This document shows, piece by piece, positions 30,081-40,736 of a stretch of 64,000 nucleotides of DNA. The translations under genes were made by a program, and so were the position numbers. Positions within the stretch are counted from its first letter, which is position 1. The number at the start of each line of letters is the position of its first letter. Location: positions 248,001-312,000 of the forward strand of contig OW569388.1 in NCBI GenBank assembly GCA_937625935.1. Direction: 5' to 3'. The stretch is from Tetramitus jugosus. Its lineage: Eukaryota; Protista; Heterolobosea. The notes under the pieces are model-generated. The model made no database searches. It was not told the origin of the DNA and saw nothing but the letters and a program-made list of their open reading frames with translations.

Positions 30081-32454
30081 TTATTCGTTGTCTTGGATAG
30101 AGTAGCCACTTTCTCTGACCCAGGTATTGTCAACCTTCTTTTGGAAGACCCAACCACCATTACCATCAAAAACGAGCTTCAAGGTGTGGTAGCGCTCAAG
30201 GGCAGGTCTGTGAGAAATGGTAATACAGGTAATGTTGTGCTTGGCGCAATTGTTGTACAAGTCAGCCTCGGCGTCCTTGTTGATGCATGATGTGCACTCG
30301 TCCAGAATGGCATAGGAAGGATGGTGGTAGAAGAGACGAACCATGGCCAATCTCTGCTGTTCTCCTCTGGACAACTTGTCCCAATCTTGAGTACCGTCGA
30401 ATCCTTCCGTGTGTCTGGTGCTCAGATAACCAATACCGAACATTTCCAACAATTGACGAAGCTCGACATCAGTCTTTGTCGACTTGGTATCAGGATAAAT
30501 GATTTGATCTCTCAGCGATCCAATCACATTGTACGGCTTCTGTGGCAGATAGAAAATGTCCTTGGAGAGACCGTCCTTGGCCGTTCCAGGCTTATGAACT
30601 GTACCTTCCACCAATGGCCACAATCCACCGAGAATTCTAAACAGAGAAGACTATTTGAATGTGTAAGAGTTAGTAAGTGAAAGAAATGGGAACAAAGAAT
30701 TAAAAAAATAGTTGCATACCTTTCCAGCACCATTAGGACCGGTAATCACCAAATTGGAGCCCTTCTTGATTGCAAATGACACATGTTGTCCCAACAAGAC
30801 ATCAGCAGGCGTGTAAATGGAAACGTCTTCAAACTTGATCTCATCAGCGTCCTTCATTTGACCTCTGAGCTTTGTTGTCTTCTTGTCTTCTCTTCTCTGG
30901 AGATCGTTCATGACTTCGAACAACAAATGAACTCTCTGAGTATAACCAGACAACTTCATCAACTTTCTGAACAGTTCAATCAATTTACCAAGAGCAAAGA
31001 ACTCGTATGCCACAACAGCAATCAAATATCTCAATCGACTCAACAATTCAGTCTCACTCATGCTTCTCATTCTACCAAAGAACACTGGCATACCAGCAAC
31101 AATAGATGTCACAGTATGAGGAGCATACTTTGTAAAGTAGTCATTGACAATACCGAACACAAAGTTCTTCTTGATGACAACAGCAGAGTAATCGGTCAAA
31201 TCCTTAAAGTACTTTTCGATAATATTTCTCTCCTTTTCGTCTCCTCCATAGAATGCAATCGACTCGGCATTGATTCTCGTTCTTGCGTGAATATGTCTGA
31301 ATTGACCTTCTCTGTTCTGTGCTTCCGCAGACATGCGAGTAAAGTTTGGTGTAACAAACGACAAGACACCAAACGCGATCAAAATGTAAGCAAACAGAGA
31401 AACAGGTCCACCTGCACCAATCAACTTGCTCATTTCGATAGAATACACAATCACATCGGTGAATGGAGCCAAGAAATCGACAAACAAATTGGCCACTTGC
31501 TTGCTCCAAATTTCCACATCTTGAGTAATTCTTTGATCAGGGTTTCCAATTCTCTTGTCCAAGTTTTGAGCCTTGTAATAAATCATATTCTTGTAATATT
31601 GCTTATGAATGGCCAATGTAACATTCTTTCTCATGGAGGTACTCAACATGCCCTACATTATCAAACAACGACCATTCATTCAACACACCACAATCAACAA
31701 CAACAACAACAACAATAAAAATCGAATACAAAAATAATATCATCTCGTTAGCTCTGCATTGTGCATCAAAAAACAAGAGAAAAGCTTTTCACAACTCTTC
31801 CCAACAACAAAAAAAAGAGCAGCCAACCAAGAAGAGAAAAGCTTTTTGAACCCAAAAAAAAAGTGAACAAAAAACGCATACCATCAAATAATTGATACAT
31901 GGCGTAACAAAAGAGTTGACACTCAACACAAGAGTCAAATACACGATACTTCCCGCGTATTTTGACACACCACGAGCAACCAAATGACCCATCAAATCAC
32001 CAGAAATTGAATTACTCAAATTGGTGACCAATGACTGACAAACAACCAACACTGTCAAGCCACAAACACTCATAAATTCCTTTGTCGCAATACCTGGCAC
32101 AGCGATTCTCAATAGGTACCACAGCCTTGACATGAACGAACCATCAATTTTTGATCGTTGTTTTGATTTTTCGTCTTCTGACGAAGATGAAGAGGAGACA
32201 ACTGAGACAAATGATGAATTTTTTTCATTAATGATTTGTGATGCAAGTGTCGATGATTTTCTTCTCTTTGGTTTCATCAATAATTGATAAATTTTGTAAC
32301 ATGTGATTCCACCTGCCAATGCCAATAAAATGGCCGAAAGCTTTTGTCGGTTGTTGGACAAGAGGAGAGAGAGTTGATTGGTTTTGATGTCAATGGACTC
32401 TAACCAATCAATAATCATGCGCTCCAGCCAGTATTCTTTGCTTTGGGACACCAT
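30081..32454 (-). CDS. peroxisomal ABC half-transporter, ABCD family (exons 32454-31882, 31652-30720, 30650-30081)
   Basis: NPDQRITQD, EAA-like NAESIAFYGG, Walker A GPNGAGK|SS split by an intron, YLPQKPY, LSRGEQQR, ILDECTS, ISHR. Introns 31881-31653 and 30719-30651. Confidence 0.93.
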
Positions 32455-32669
32455 TTTTCTGTTTTTCTTTGCGATTGATGATAATAATTAAAAAATGAGG
32501 TTGTTGTGTGAGTAAAATATTATTTCTTTGGATTGCCGACAGGAGAAGGGACCATGTGGTCTAATGAGAAATTTTCCAATGCTCCGAGCGGAGCGGATAT
32601 TTACAAGGAGAATACAATTTACTGGACATCTCTATTGAAGGAGAACTTTTCGTCTCAACTCATTTAACG

Positions 32670-34361
32670 TTATTCCTCTTGAATGTTAGTTGAGCCATGG
32701 TGGTGATCACCCTTTTGTGCCAATCGACTCCGTGCCAAATGAATCATGGTCACGACAAGAAACAGCGTAGCTAATCCGACCCAAAGACCTCCCATGACAA
32801 TGTAGCTAATGGACATAAAACGGTTCTCTCCACCGGCCCAACTCATGGTCGACAACACTAGAAACTTTGTTCCATCAAATTCCGCAACTGGAAAATTCTG
32901 TCGAATGTGCAACTTGTATTCACCTTTGGGTATCTTTTCATGAATGACGCGATACAGTTTTCTAAACGTGCCCAGCGTAGCCGGTTTCATCCAAACCATA
33001 AAATCCTCATCTTCCACATCAGGTATCACATGAGTACTCTCATTGGCATACGTCTGATTATACATGAGATAGTGAGATGGCTTATCAGGTCGAACATACT
33101 TTTTTCGCTTGTCACTGCTCCATGCAATGCCCCTTTTCGTACAACCAATCTCATTTTTCGTGTCGCACACAATCGTAGTTGCATTTTCACTCACATCCGC
33201 ATTGGCTTCATTCTTGTACATGACATATGTGTCATTAAACATGGAATAAGCGACCCAACCACATGGATCCAAAATCATTCGTTTTCGACTCGTAGTTGTA
33301 GTGTTCTTCTTGATATCAATTGCATCATCATCATACACCATTCCCTTACAATCATCCTTTAAATCACTGTACGTTAAATTGACTCCGCCCATTAATTGCG
33401 AGTCGGAGTAACTCGAAGCAAATTGGCGCGCATTTTGATAAAAATTTTTGAGACCGTAAAGCATGTAAATGGGCGGGTACATGTCGCGATCAATCAAAAC
33501 AGAAATTGTTTCTTCGCAAAACATGGCTCCACCCAAGCTCTCATTCCGTACCATGACACAAACATTTTTTTCATCAATGTCATTATTCAATTTTGGTGAA
33601 GCATAGGTCCACTCATGTTGAATCACGCTCTTGTGAGCAAACAAGAGTGCGACGCCAATACCAACCATGATGACACCAATGACATAAAAGAATAAAATGA
33701 CATAAATGGGGTTCATGACTGGTTGCCAAGCATACAATCGTTGTTGCTTGAATTGATTGAGGTATAGTGTGAAAATGTTGTTGGTCAGCCAATTTTTGAT
33801 TTTTTGTATCGTTTCATTGCTTTTTGTTGTTGTTGCTGTGGTTGTGTTTGTTGTCTCCTTATTATTATTATCAACATTGTTGCTTGGTGTACTGTTGTTG
33901 TTGTTGTTTGGTTCATTTTGTGTGGTGTTGTCATCTTCTACAGTGTTAAAAATAGAACTAGTCGGAACATTGTGACTATTATTATTATTATTGTGAGTAG
34001 AGGGAGTCGGTGTCTTTAGTTCATAATCACCACCATGTGAAGCAACTCGTGCATGTTGTGCACTTGATAATTGTTGTTGACTTGTCGTTGCATGAGAATG
34101 TTGTGGAAGTGGTGAAAGTTGAATTTGTTCATCAGACGGAGTATTATTATTTTCAGTAGGAGAAAAAGAGAGGGGATTGTTCGTAATCATGGTGTTGGCG
34201 GGAACAATTTTTTTCGGGTGTAAATGAACCATGGTATGAGTCGTAATAGGATGAGTAAATTGTTCAGTTTCTTCTTCTTCTTTTTCTGTTTCTATGTGAT
34301 TGAAAATTGTTGTTGTTGTGAGTGGTGGTGGTGAGGATGGAGAGATGGGGGAGGTTGTCAT
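32670..34361 (-). CDS. CDC50/LEM3 family flippase beta-subunit with long low-complexity N-terminus
   Basis: FKQQRLYAWQP, YGLKNFYQN, PCG..A.SMFNDTY, GIAW.SD, EDFMVWM, FRKLY, GGENRF; two TMs. Confidence 0.92.
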   Translation of the reverse strand: MTTSPISPSSPPPLTTTTIFNHIETEKEEEETEQFTHPITTHTMVHLHPKKIVPANTMITNNPLSFSPTENNNTPSDEQIQLSPLPQHSHATTSQQQLSSAQHARVASHGGDYELKTPTPSTHNNNNNSHNVPTSSIFNTVEDDNTTQNEPNNNNNSTPSNNVDNNNKETTNTTTATTTKSNETIQKIKNWLTNNIFTLYLNQFKQQRLYAWQPVMNPIYVILFFYVIGVIMVGIGVALLFAHKSVIQHEWTYASPKLNNDIDEKNVCVMVRNESLGGAMFCEETISVLIDRDMYPPIYMLYGLKNFYQNARQFASSYSDSQLMGGVNLTYSDLKDDCKGMVYDDDAIDIKKNTTTTSRKRMILDPCGWVAYSMFNDTYVMYKNEANADVSENATTIVCDTKNEIGCTKRGIAWSSDKRKKYVRPDKPSHYLMYNQTYANESTHVIPDVEDEDFMVWMKPATLGTFRKLYRVIHEKIPKGEYKLHIRQNFPVAEFDGTKFLVLSTMSWAGGENRFMSISYIVMGGLWVGLATLFLVVTMIHLARSRLAQKGDHHHGSTNIQEE

Positions 34362-34842
34362 GTTGACATTTGACAAAAATTTTTTTTTAGTGTGAGTGTT
34401 TTGTTTGCTTGCTAGGTTTGTTTGGTTGCTTTGTTGGATGTTAGCTGTGGGTGAGGTTTGAAGACGCAAAAAGCTTTCAAAGGAATTTCAAAGAACATCT
34501 CACCGAAGCTAAGTGTTTCCCCGAAAATCAGTGTCACTTCTTTCGCAGAATCAGTCCGATAACTTGAGTTTTTATAGGATGATGTACCGGTACGCTGATT
34601 CATTTCAATGTCAAAGTTCTCCTCGGTATCAACGATTATTGAATAGAGTACTCTGCATTGGTGAACAAGAATGAGAGGTGAGTCAAAGGGGTGTCAAGGA
34701 CGTCGAGTTGACCAATGAATACCACAGCTGATCAATGAGGATCACCAGAAGACTTTCAAACTGGTCAACTCTTTGCCACACTCACTAGTGAGTACAGAGG
34801 AAACTTTGTCGGGAACGGTGAGATGTATTCAGGATGATTTAT

Positions 34843-37416
34843 TTACATTTCATCCAGCAGAGGAGTCTTAATTCCAACAGCAGACTTGTTGACATCTACT
34901 TGGAATCTATCAGATGATTTATATCTTGAGAGTGTGTCAGTGCTCATCAAGAGCTCCAATTCCTTCTTCACTCTATCGAATAGCGTGTGTTCTATCGCGA
35001 CACTCTCATTCTGTTGGATCTTATCCATCACTTCCTTTTTCATTGATTCATTTATATTCACAGTATACAAGCCATCTAAAGAAAGATACTTGTCATACAA
35101 ATCCTTAGCAAAACGTATACGATCAGGACTGTCAACTATCGTCCTATATTCCTGAATCTTGTTCCAGATAGAAATGTTCTCTTGGGATCGTTCCGCGATA
35201 CAAAATTGTTCGAAAGATGCTCTCAGCTCATCATCCTGTAAGATATCCCCCATTTGGAGTGACTGACCAATCAGTTTGGTTTGCTTCTGGAGATCTAAAG
35301 CTTTCTGTAAGTATGCCTCAGCTACTCCATCTCTTTCTGATGACTCATGACAGACCTTCTCGAACTCCTTCACTGAGTCACCATAACGTCCATGCAAGAA
35401 CAATTCTAGAGCATTGTCAAACGATTCCTTCTGTGCTAGCTTGCCAGTATCCTCCGGATGTAACAACTCATACACTTCCATACTATCTTGATTCTTGTCA
35501 CTGGATGATGCTTTAAACGAGGCTACAGATCCTATTTTTCTCAATTGATATCTTTTAGCATTCTTGTTGCAAGCTGAGACTACATTCTTGGTCGTTAGGG
35601 TTCGTGCTTGCAGTTTGTTCGTCAATCGAGTGAGAGCTGTCTTGATATGAGAATGAGAAGGACTGAGAACAGCACCATCAATTCTTTCATTCTCTCCCAG
35701 CGTGCCAATCAGTGCTGAATCAGAGTGAATTCTAGTTCCGATTCTAATGTTCACATAGGGTTGATCTTCATTGAACATATTGATTGTTTCTTGCATTTCC
35801 AAACTTGCTTTCACTGCTTTCTCAGCGCCCTTAAATAGTGCAGTGAATTTCTCTCCTTGATACGACTGAATGTATCCACCATACTTTCGAATCAATGGTC
35901 CCACAAATGTCAGATATTGATTCAACAAGTTAAACAACTCCTCATCATTCATTTGTTGTGACACTGCTTCAAAATCCAATAATTCGACCTCCATTAATGT
36001 CAACTTATCTTTTTTGATGTGCATCCCTAACTTTACATCAGTGATACGCTTGCAACCAATCATATGAAGAAATCCTTGAGGCACAAACTTTGCAATAGCT
36101 AATTCTTGGATTCGATTCATTCGCCTCCAGGGAGCGATTATGGTACCAGACAGAACAACTGCAGTGATGACAGAGAGGACTGCAAATACGAAAGCAATCA
36201 CACAAAAAATAATAGTGGATGAAATTGAGTTCCTTCCTTCATTCCACGCACTGTCTAGCATTGAGTCTACTATGGATCTCTCAACGACTCTGAGGGCTGA
36301 GGTGAGGTTCGTTAAAGTATCGCTGTACAGTTTAACCTCAGTAAAATTGTATTGAGCAGAACCATTATTAATGATAAATAAATACTCAATGAAGGTGTTC
36401 TGTTCTGTTAAATTATAGTTCGCGAGAGGATTGGCCACGATTGTTTGCTCCGTGAAATACTCGTTAAGGTTGTGCTTGCCCGATGAAGATAAGAACAGCG
36501 TCTGATAAGTTTCGAACTCTGTTCTGTAGGATAACCAAGTAAAGAATCTCTCAACACCTAGATTCATACCCAACAATAACTCAATGTTGTCTACGTTCAT
36601 CTTCTCTATTGATTCAATGAGACGAGCAACAAAGAGATAGATAGTGCCCTTGTATCCCAAATCAGAAACATCCATAACTTTTGTCTGCAACAAGAGTGCA
36701 TAATTAATGGTCATCCGATAAAAACTAAAATTTTTCTCAGATGTCGTTTTTCTTGACTCAATATCTCTCCGATGTTGATCAGTGAGACCTTCCTGCTGTC
36801 CCAACTCACTAAAAAATGGATCAATCTTCTTTGAATCGCTACTTCCTAGGTTTTCGTAAAGATTGGATCGTTCCCTGTACACTCTAACCTTGGCCTTTCT
36901 TGTAGTATCTATTGCTTCATTCAATTTCAATCTAGCGTTCTCAAAAAAAACATCTGTTTCATTCGTGGACAAGTAGACTGCCGCATTTAGTCTTTCATCC
37001 TGCATTGCAATGATATACTTGTCCACATGATTCATAAACCGAATCGTGTCTCTGTGAACAATCGCACGATACGTCGTTGTTCCCTCGTGGGTCAACGTGA
37101 GAATCACAAACAACATCATACCCACAATACTCACCAAACACATAACAATCAGCTTGATGGGCAACGGAGTGCGTTCCATGAGACCAATGATACCTTTTCG
37201 ATGCACCATGAGTAGATTGGCCTCAGAGGTAGTATGCTCTGATGAATCTTGTTGGAATTCACTGTCAGTGACTGTCCCTCCTCCGGCATCCACCTGGGTA
37301 CTCGATGGAGGTGCACTACCGTCCAACATCATCTGTGGAGGACTATTGCTGGTCTCCTGTGGATCAACCATTTGCATTTCAAGGTCTTCAAAGTGAGTGG
37401 ACACTTGGCTATTCAT
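34843..37416 (-). CDS. 2-TM NIT-like sensor + class III nucleotide cyclase-like + RGS domain protein
   Basis: TM1; MQDERLNAAVYLS (NIT-like); TM2; KFVP..FL; cyclase fold (LNQYL..V.P.I.KYGG, GTLGENERIDG); RGS (FEQFCIAERSQENISIW, VNIN, LFD, DTLSRYKSS). Confidence 0.85.
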   Translation of the reverse strand: MNSQVSTHFEDLEMQMVDPQETSNSPPQMMLDGSAPPSSTQVDAGGGTVTDSEFQQDSSEHTTSEANLLMVHRKGIIGLMERTPLPIKLIVMCLVSIVGMMLFVILTLTHEGTTTYRAIVHRDTIRFMNHVDKYIIAMQDERLNAAVYLSTNETDVFFENARLKLNEAIDTTRKAKVRVYRERSNLYENLGSSDSKKIDPFFSELGQQEGLTDQHRRDIESRKTTSEKNFSFYRMTINYALLLQTKVMDVSDLGYKGTIYLFVARLIESIEKMNVDNIELLLGMNLGVERFFTWLSYRTEFETYQTLFLSSSGKHNLNEYFTEQTIVANPLANYNLTEQNTFIEYLFIINNGSAQYNFTEVKLYSDTLTNLTSALRVVERSIVDSMLDSAWNEGRNSISSTIIFCVIAFVFAVLSVITAVVLSGTIIAPWRRMNRIQELAIAKFVPQGFLHMIGCKRITDVKLGMHIKKDKLTLMEVELLDFEAVSQQMNDEELFNLLNQYLTFVGPLIRKYGGYIQSYQGEKFTALFKGAEKAVKASLEMQETINMFNEDQPYVNIRIGTRIHSDSALIGTLGENERIDGAVLSPSHSHIKTALTRLTNKLQARTLTTKNVVSACNKNAKRYQLRKIGSVASFKASSSDKNQDSMEVYELLHPEDTGKLAQKESFDNALELFLHGRYGDSVKEFEKVCHESSERDGVAEAYLQKALDLQKQTKLIGQSLQMGDILQDDELRASFEQFCIAERSQENISIWNKIQEYRTIVDSPDRIRFAKDLYDKYLSLDGLYTVNINESMKKEVMDKIQQNESVAIEHTLFDRVKKELELLMSTDTLSRYKSSDRFQVDVNKSAVGIKTPLLDEM

Positions 37417-37914
37417 GATGACGATGATGATGATGAGCTCTCTCTTGGTTTGTTAATGCTTTCTTGTTGCAGTGCCTTGTGGACGATCTTCCATGAAAGA
37501 GCGAAGGGTTACCGTGGAAAGTGTGATGTTTGATGGGTTGATCGAAGTGCTGCGGCTCCCATTTTTCCTGTGACACCCTTCCTTTTTCCGCGGTGAGGGT
37601 GGGTCAGTAAGAGTAGGTCAGTCCCTTCGATTAGGATGTTGGATCCTAATCTTAAAACTGAGCCACGAAGAGTTCACTCGATCAATCCATGAACAAGTTC
37701 GAGGATGACGCTGTGCGACCTAGTTCTTTTTTCATGCTTTCGCTCAAGAAACTGGGGACGGAGTTGCATTCCTGGTATTTTTGAAGCAAGAAATTGTAAA
37801 AATACAAAAACCCAATGTCCTATTGGACGGATCCTATTCAAATATCAATTCTTCATCATAAACTATACCAAATCAAAGATCTTCAACAGTGAACAGGTAC
37901 GAGAACAACAAAGT

Positions 37915-40707
37915 ATGAACAATACAAGTAATTTGCCAGGTGCAGGGAACTACATCAATTCGAACCAAGCTCAGTCCGTGATGCAGTCACTAGGATTTGT
38001 CCCACAAACGTCGATCCAATCTGAGATCAGTACAGGACAACCTATTGTTCCCTCCATTTCTGTCTCTCCCTTTCCCAATCAACTCAATTTATTGCAATCA
38101 CTCGCTCAGGAGTTTTCAACATCAAATGTCACGGCATTACAAAATAATGAAAGATCACTTACATCTGTTATCAACACTACGCACGACAACAGTACCTTCA
38201 AACCGTACTTGAATCAACTGTCACCGATTCAATGTAGTATCAACCATCGAGCGGCTCTATTACAACAACAACAGCAACTATCAACTCCATTGTCCTTCAC
38301 ACCCGTCATCACACCTAACCCGGCTCAATCCACTCCTCTCTCAAGCTTCACTCCTCAACCTCCTCTCGACGAAAACCAGAAACCAATCAAAGAACTCAAC
38401 CATGACACAACTGTAGCATACACTTCCATGGGAGAAGAATTTAGTCCTATTCTGCGACCGTATGGTCTCCATATTCATCACAGCAAAGGTACTCACCTTT
38501 TATCGGATCGTCACAAGAGTCAAACGGAGAAAAGTGATGGCCTACTGAGTGAAGCTCAAGCATCCATATTGAACATGAGGAATTCCATATCGGAGAAACT
38601 CATGTCGCGAAAGGTTGACCAGGCAAACAAGAAGAGCTCCTTCTCATCGTATTACTCATTCGACACTGAATACTTGATTTTGGAGAAATTGTGTTTTGAA
38701 TTGGGAGAATTGAATTCCAACTTGGAAAAGATTCGTGAAGCAATGATTTATGTGTATCGATGTCGCCCCTCTGCCACAATGAACCACACTAATGATACGA
38801 AGATTGACAGTCAATTGAAATCTTCAAGTGTGGATGAACCATCGAGTATTGAACAATCATATGGCGTGTTCTGGCATCCTTTCTCTAGTCGAATTCAAGA
38901 TTTTCACTTTGAATTTCGTGGACTCATGTTGACTATCAAGTTTTACATTGAAGAACAGATACGAAAGATGAATGCATGGTGGAGCATATCCAACATCACG
39001 CACAAGAGAGAACAATTGGAGAATAGAGTTCGAAAGTTGCAAGATCTCGTCGTACTGACCCACATTGCCGTGTTGATTGCCACAGAGAAGAGGCATGTGA
39101 TTGAACAGTGCTTGCTCAACAATAATCCAATTACGCAAGCAACCATATTCTACCCATATTGTGACAGTATCGTTGTACCAAAGTACGAAAGTCTCATTCG
39201 TCAGATTAATCCCTCGGATTTCTTTGTAGAGATTGGTGATCAGTTTGCTCCAAAGTTGAGACGATTTCTGAACTTGTATGTTGCTGTGACTGCGTCTCAT
39301 TCATCCATTTATCGCGTGCAGAATCCCAATATCAGAACAGGATTATTCATTGTATCAAACATGTATTACTTGATGAAACCAAAGGAGGCAGCAGAGAAAG
39401 CCTCAAAATTCTTGGACAAGGATCTCTCAGTCGAGTCAGGTAAGGGACTGTGGACAATGTTAGACACGAACAAGTTTGTTCGAAAAGCGGCCTTCTTAGG
39501 TTTGGTAGACATTGATCTATCAGCAACGTTCCAAATTCCATTCCAACGCGGTATGGCTGACGCTAGAGAAGCAATCGAGATTCAAAGAGCAGAACAACAT
39601 GAAGCTGACAAAATGGAACACAAGGCAGAGATGCTTGGTGGGATCAAGATTCAAGAAGTTACGGGCTCTAGCACCATGAAAGAACTCTTGTTCTACTATC
39701 ATCAATCATTGAGAATTATGAGAACGGTGACCAATATCCCAGATGTTGTGCAATTGAGAATCATCGCTGCACATGATACTATTAGTAATTGTGTGACACC
39801 TCGATCGCCCGCTGACCCCAATGGTAATTTTGACAACAATAATGGTATCAGAGGTTCTCTAAAGAGAGATTATCCTCACTTGGGAAAATTGAAAAGAGCC
39901 ATGAGGAAAACTACAAGTCTTCCACTTACGCTCGTCGGCAAGAGGCATCATCCGACTAATGGTGTGATTTTCCATGTTCATGGAGGTGGATTCATTGCAA
40001 TGAGTTCATTCTCTCACGAAACCTACTTGAGACCTTGGTCCCTTCAAACTTCACTCCCGGTTGTGAGTGTCGATTACACAAATTCGCCCGATCAACAGTA
40101 CCCTGTCCAGATTGAACAATGCTACCAGTCTTATCTGTGGTTGCTTCAGAATGCAGAAGAAGAGTTGGGTATCAGACTCGATAAGATTATTTTCGCTGGA
40201 GATAGTGCCGGTGGTAATCTAATACTGGCAGTTATGACGAGAGCAATTTTAGATGGAGTACGATTGCCTGATTCTCTGGTTTTGTCCTATCCTGCCACCT
40301 ATCTGCATTTCTCACCTTCCCCTGCACGTATCATCTCCATGCTTGATCCCTTACTCAACTTTAAGCTGTTGGAGCTGTGTGGTATGGAGTACTATTTAAA
40401 TAGGAATAATATGCATGTGACCAACAATGCCCAACGAAATCCCCTCATTTCTCCAAGCATGTTGCCTGATGAAATCCTTCGCAAATTCCCCATGACGTAC
40501 ATTAACTGTGGGGCATTGGATCCTCTCTTTGATGATGGAATCTACTTTGCCAAACGATTGGAGAGAGCTATAGGTCCTAAAAAAATCAAGTTGGAGGTGT
40601 ATGACGCTTTGGGACATGGGTACTTGAATCTGATAGATTTTGTTCCCGAAGCCAAGACGGCAAACAACAGGATATGTGATTGGATCAAAACTCAAATCAA
40701 AGAATAA
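37915..40707 (+). CDS. hormone-sensitive lipase family alpha/beta hydrolase
   Basis: HVHGGGF, SHETYLRPW, AGDSAGGNL, LDPLFDD, GHGYLNL; HSL_N-like region upstream. Likely start 37915 (track ORF from 37705). Confidence 0.92.
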   Translation: MNNTSNLPGAGNYINSNQAQSVMQSLGFVPQTSIQSEISTGQPIVPSISVSPFPNQLNLLQSLAQEFSTSNVTALQNNERSLTSVINTTHDNSTFKPYLNQLSPIQCSINHRAALLQQQQQLSTPLSFTPVITPNPAQSTPLSSFTPQPPLDENQKPIKELNHDTTVAYTSMGEEFSPILRPYGLHIHHSKGTHLLSDRHKSQTEKSDGLLSEAQASILNMRNSISEKLMSRKVDQANKKSSFSSYYSFDTEYLILEKLCFELGELNSNLEKIREAMIYVYRCRPSATMNHTNDTKIDSQLKSSSVDEPSSIEQSYGVFWHPFSSRIQDFHFEFRGLMLTIKFYIEEQIRKMNAWWSISNITHKREQLENRVRKLQDLVVLTHIAVLIATEKRHVIEQCLLNNNPITQATIFYPYCDSIVVPKYESLIRQINPSDFFVEIGDQFAPKLRRFLNLYVAVTASHSSIYRVQNPNIRTGLFIVSNMYYLMKPKEAAEKASKFLDKDLSVESGKGLWTMLDTNKFVRKAAFLGLVDIDLSATFQIPFQRGMADAREAIEIQRAEQHEADKMEHKAEMLGGIKIQEVTGSSTMKELLFYYHQSLRIMRTVTNIPDVVQLRIIAAHDTISNCVTPRSPADPNGNFDNNNGIRGSLKRDYPHLGKLKRAMRKTTSLPLTLVGKRHHPTNGVIFHVHGGGFIAMSSFSHETYLRPWSLQTSLPVVSVDYTNSPDQQYPVQIEQCYQSYLWLLQNAEEELGIRLDKIIFAGDSAGGNLILAVMTRAILDGVRLPDSLVLSYPATYLHFSPSPARIISMLDPLLNFKLLELCGMEYYLNRNNMHVTNNAQRNPLISPSMLPDEILRKFPMTYINCGALDPLFDDGIYFAKRLERAIGPKKIKLEVYDALGHGYLNLIDFVPEAKTANNRICDWIKTQIKE

Positions 40708-40736
40708 TAAATTAGTTTATGTTTGATAAAATACTT

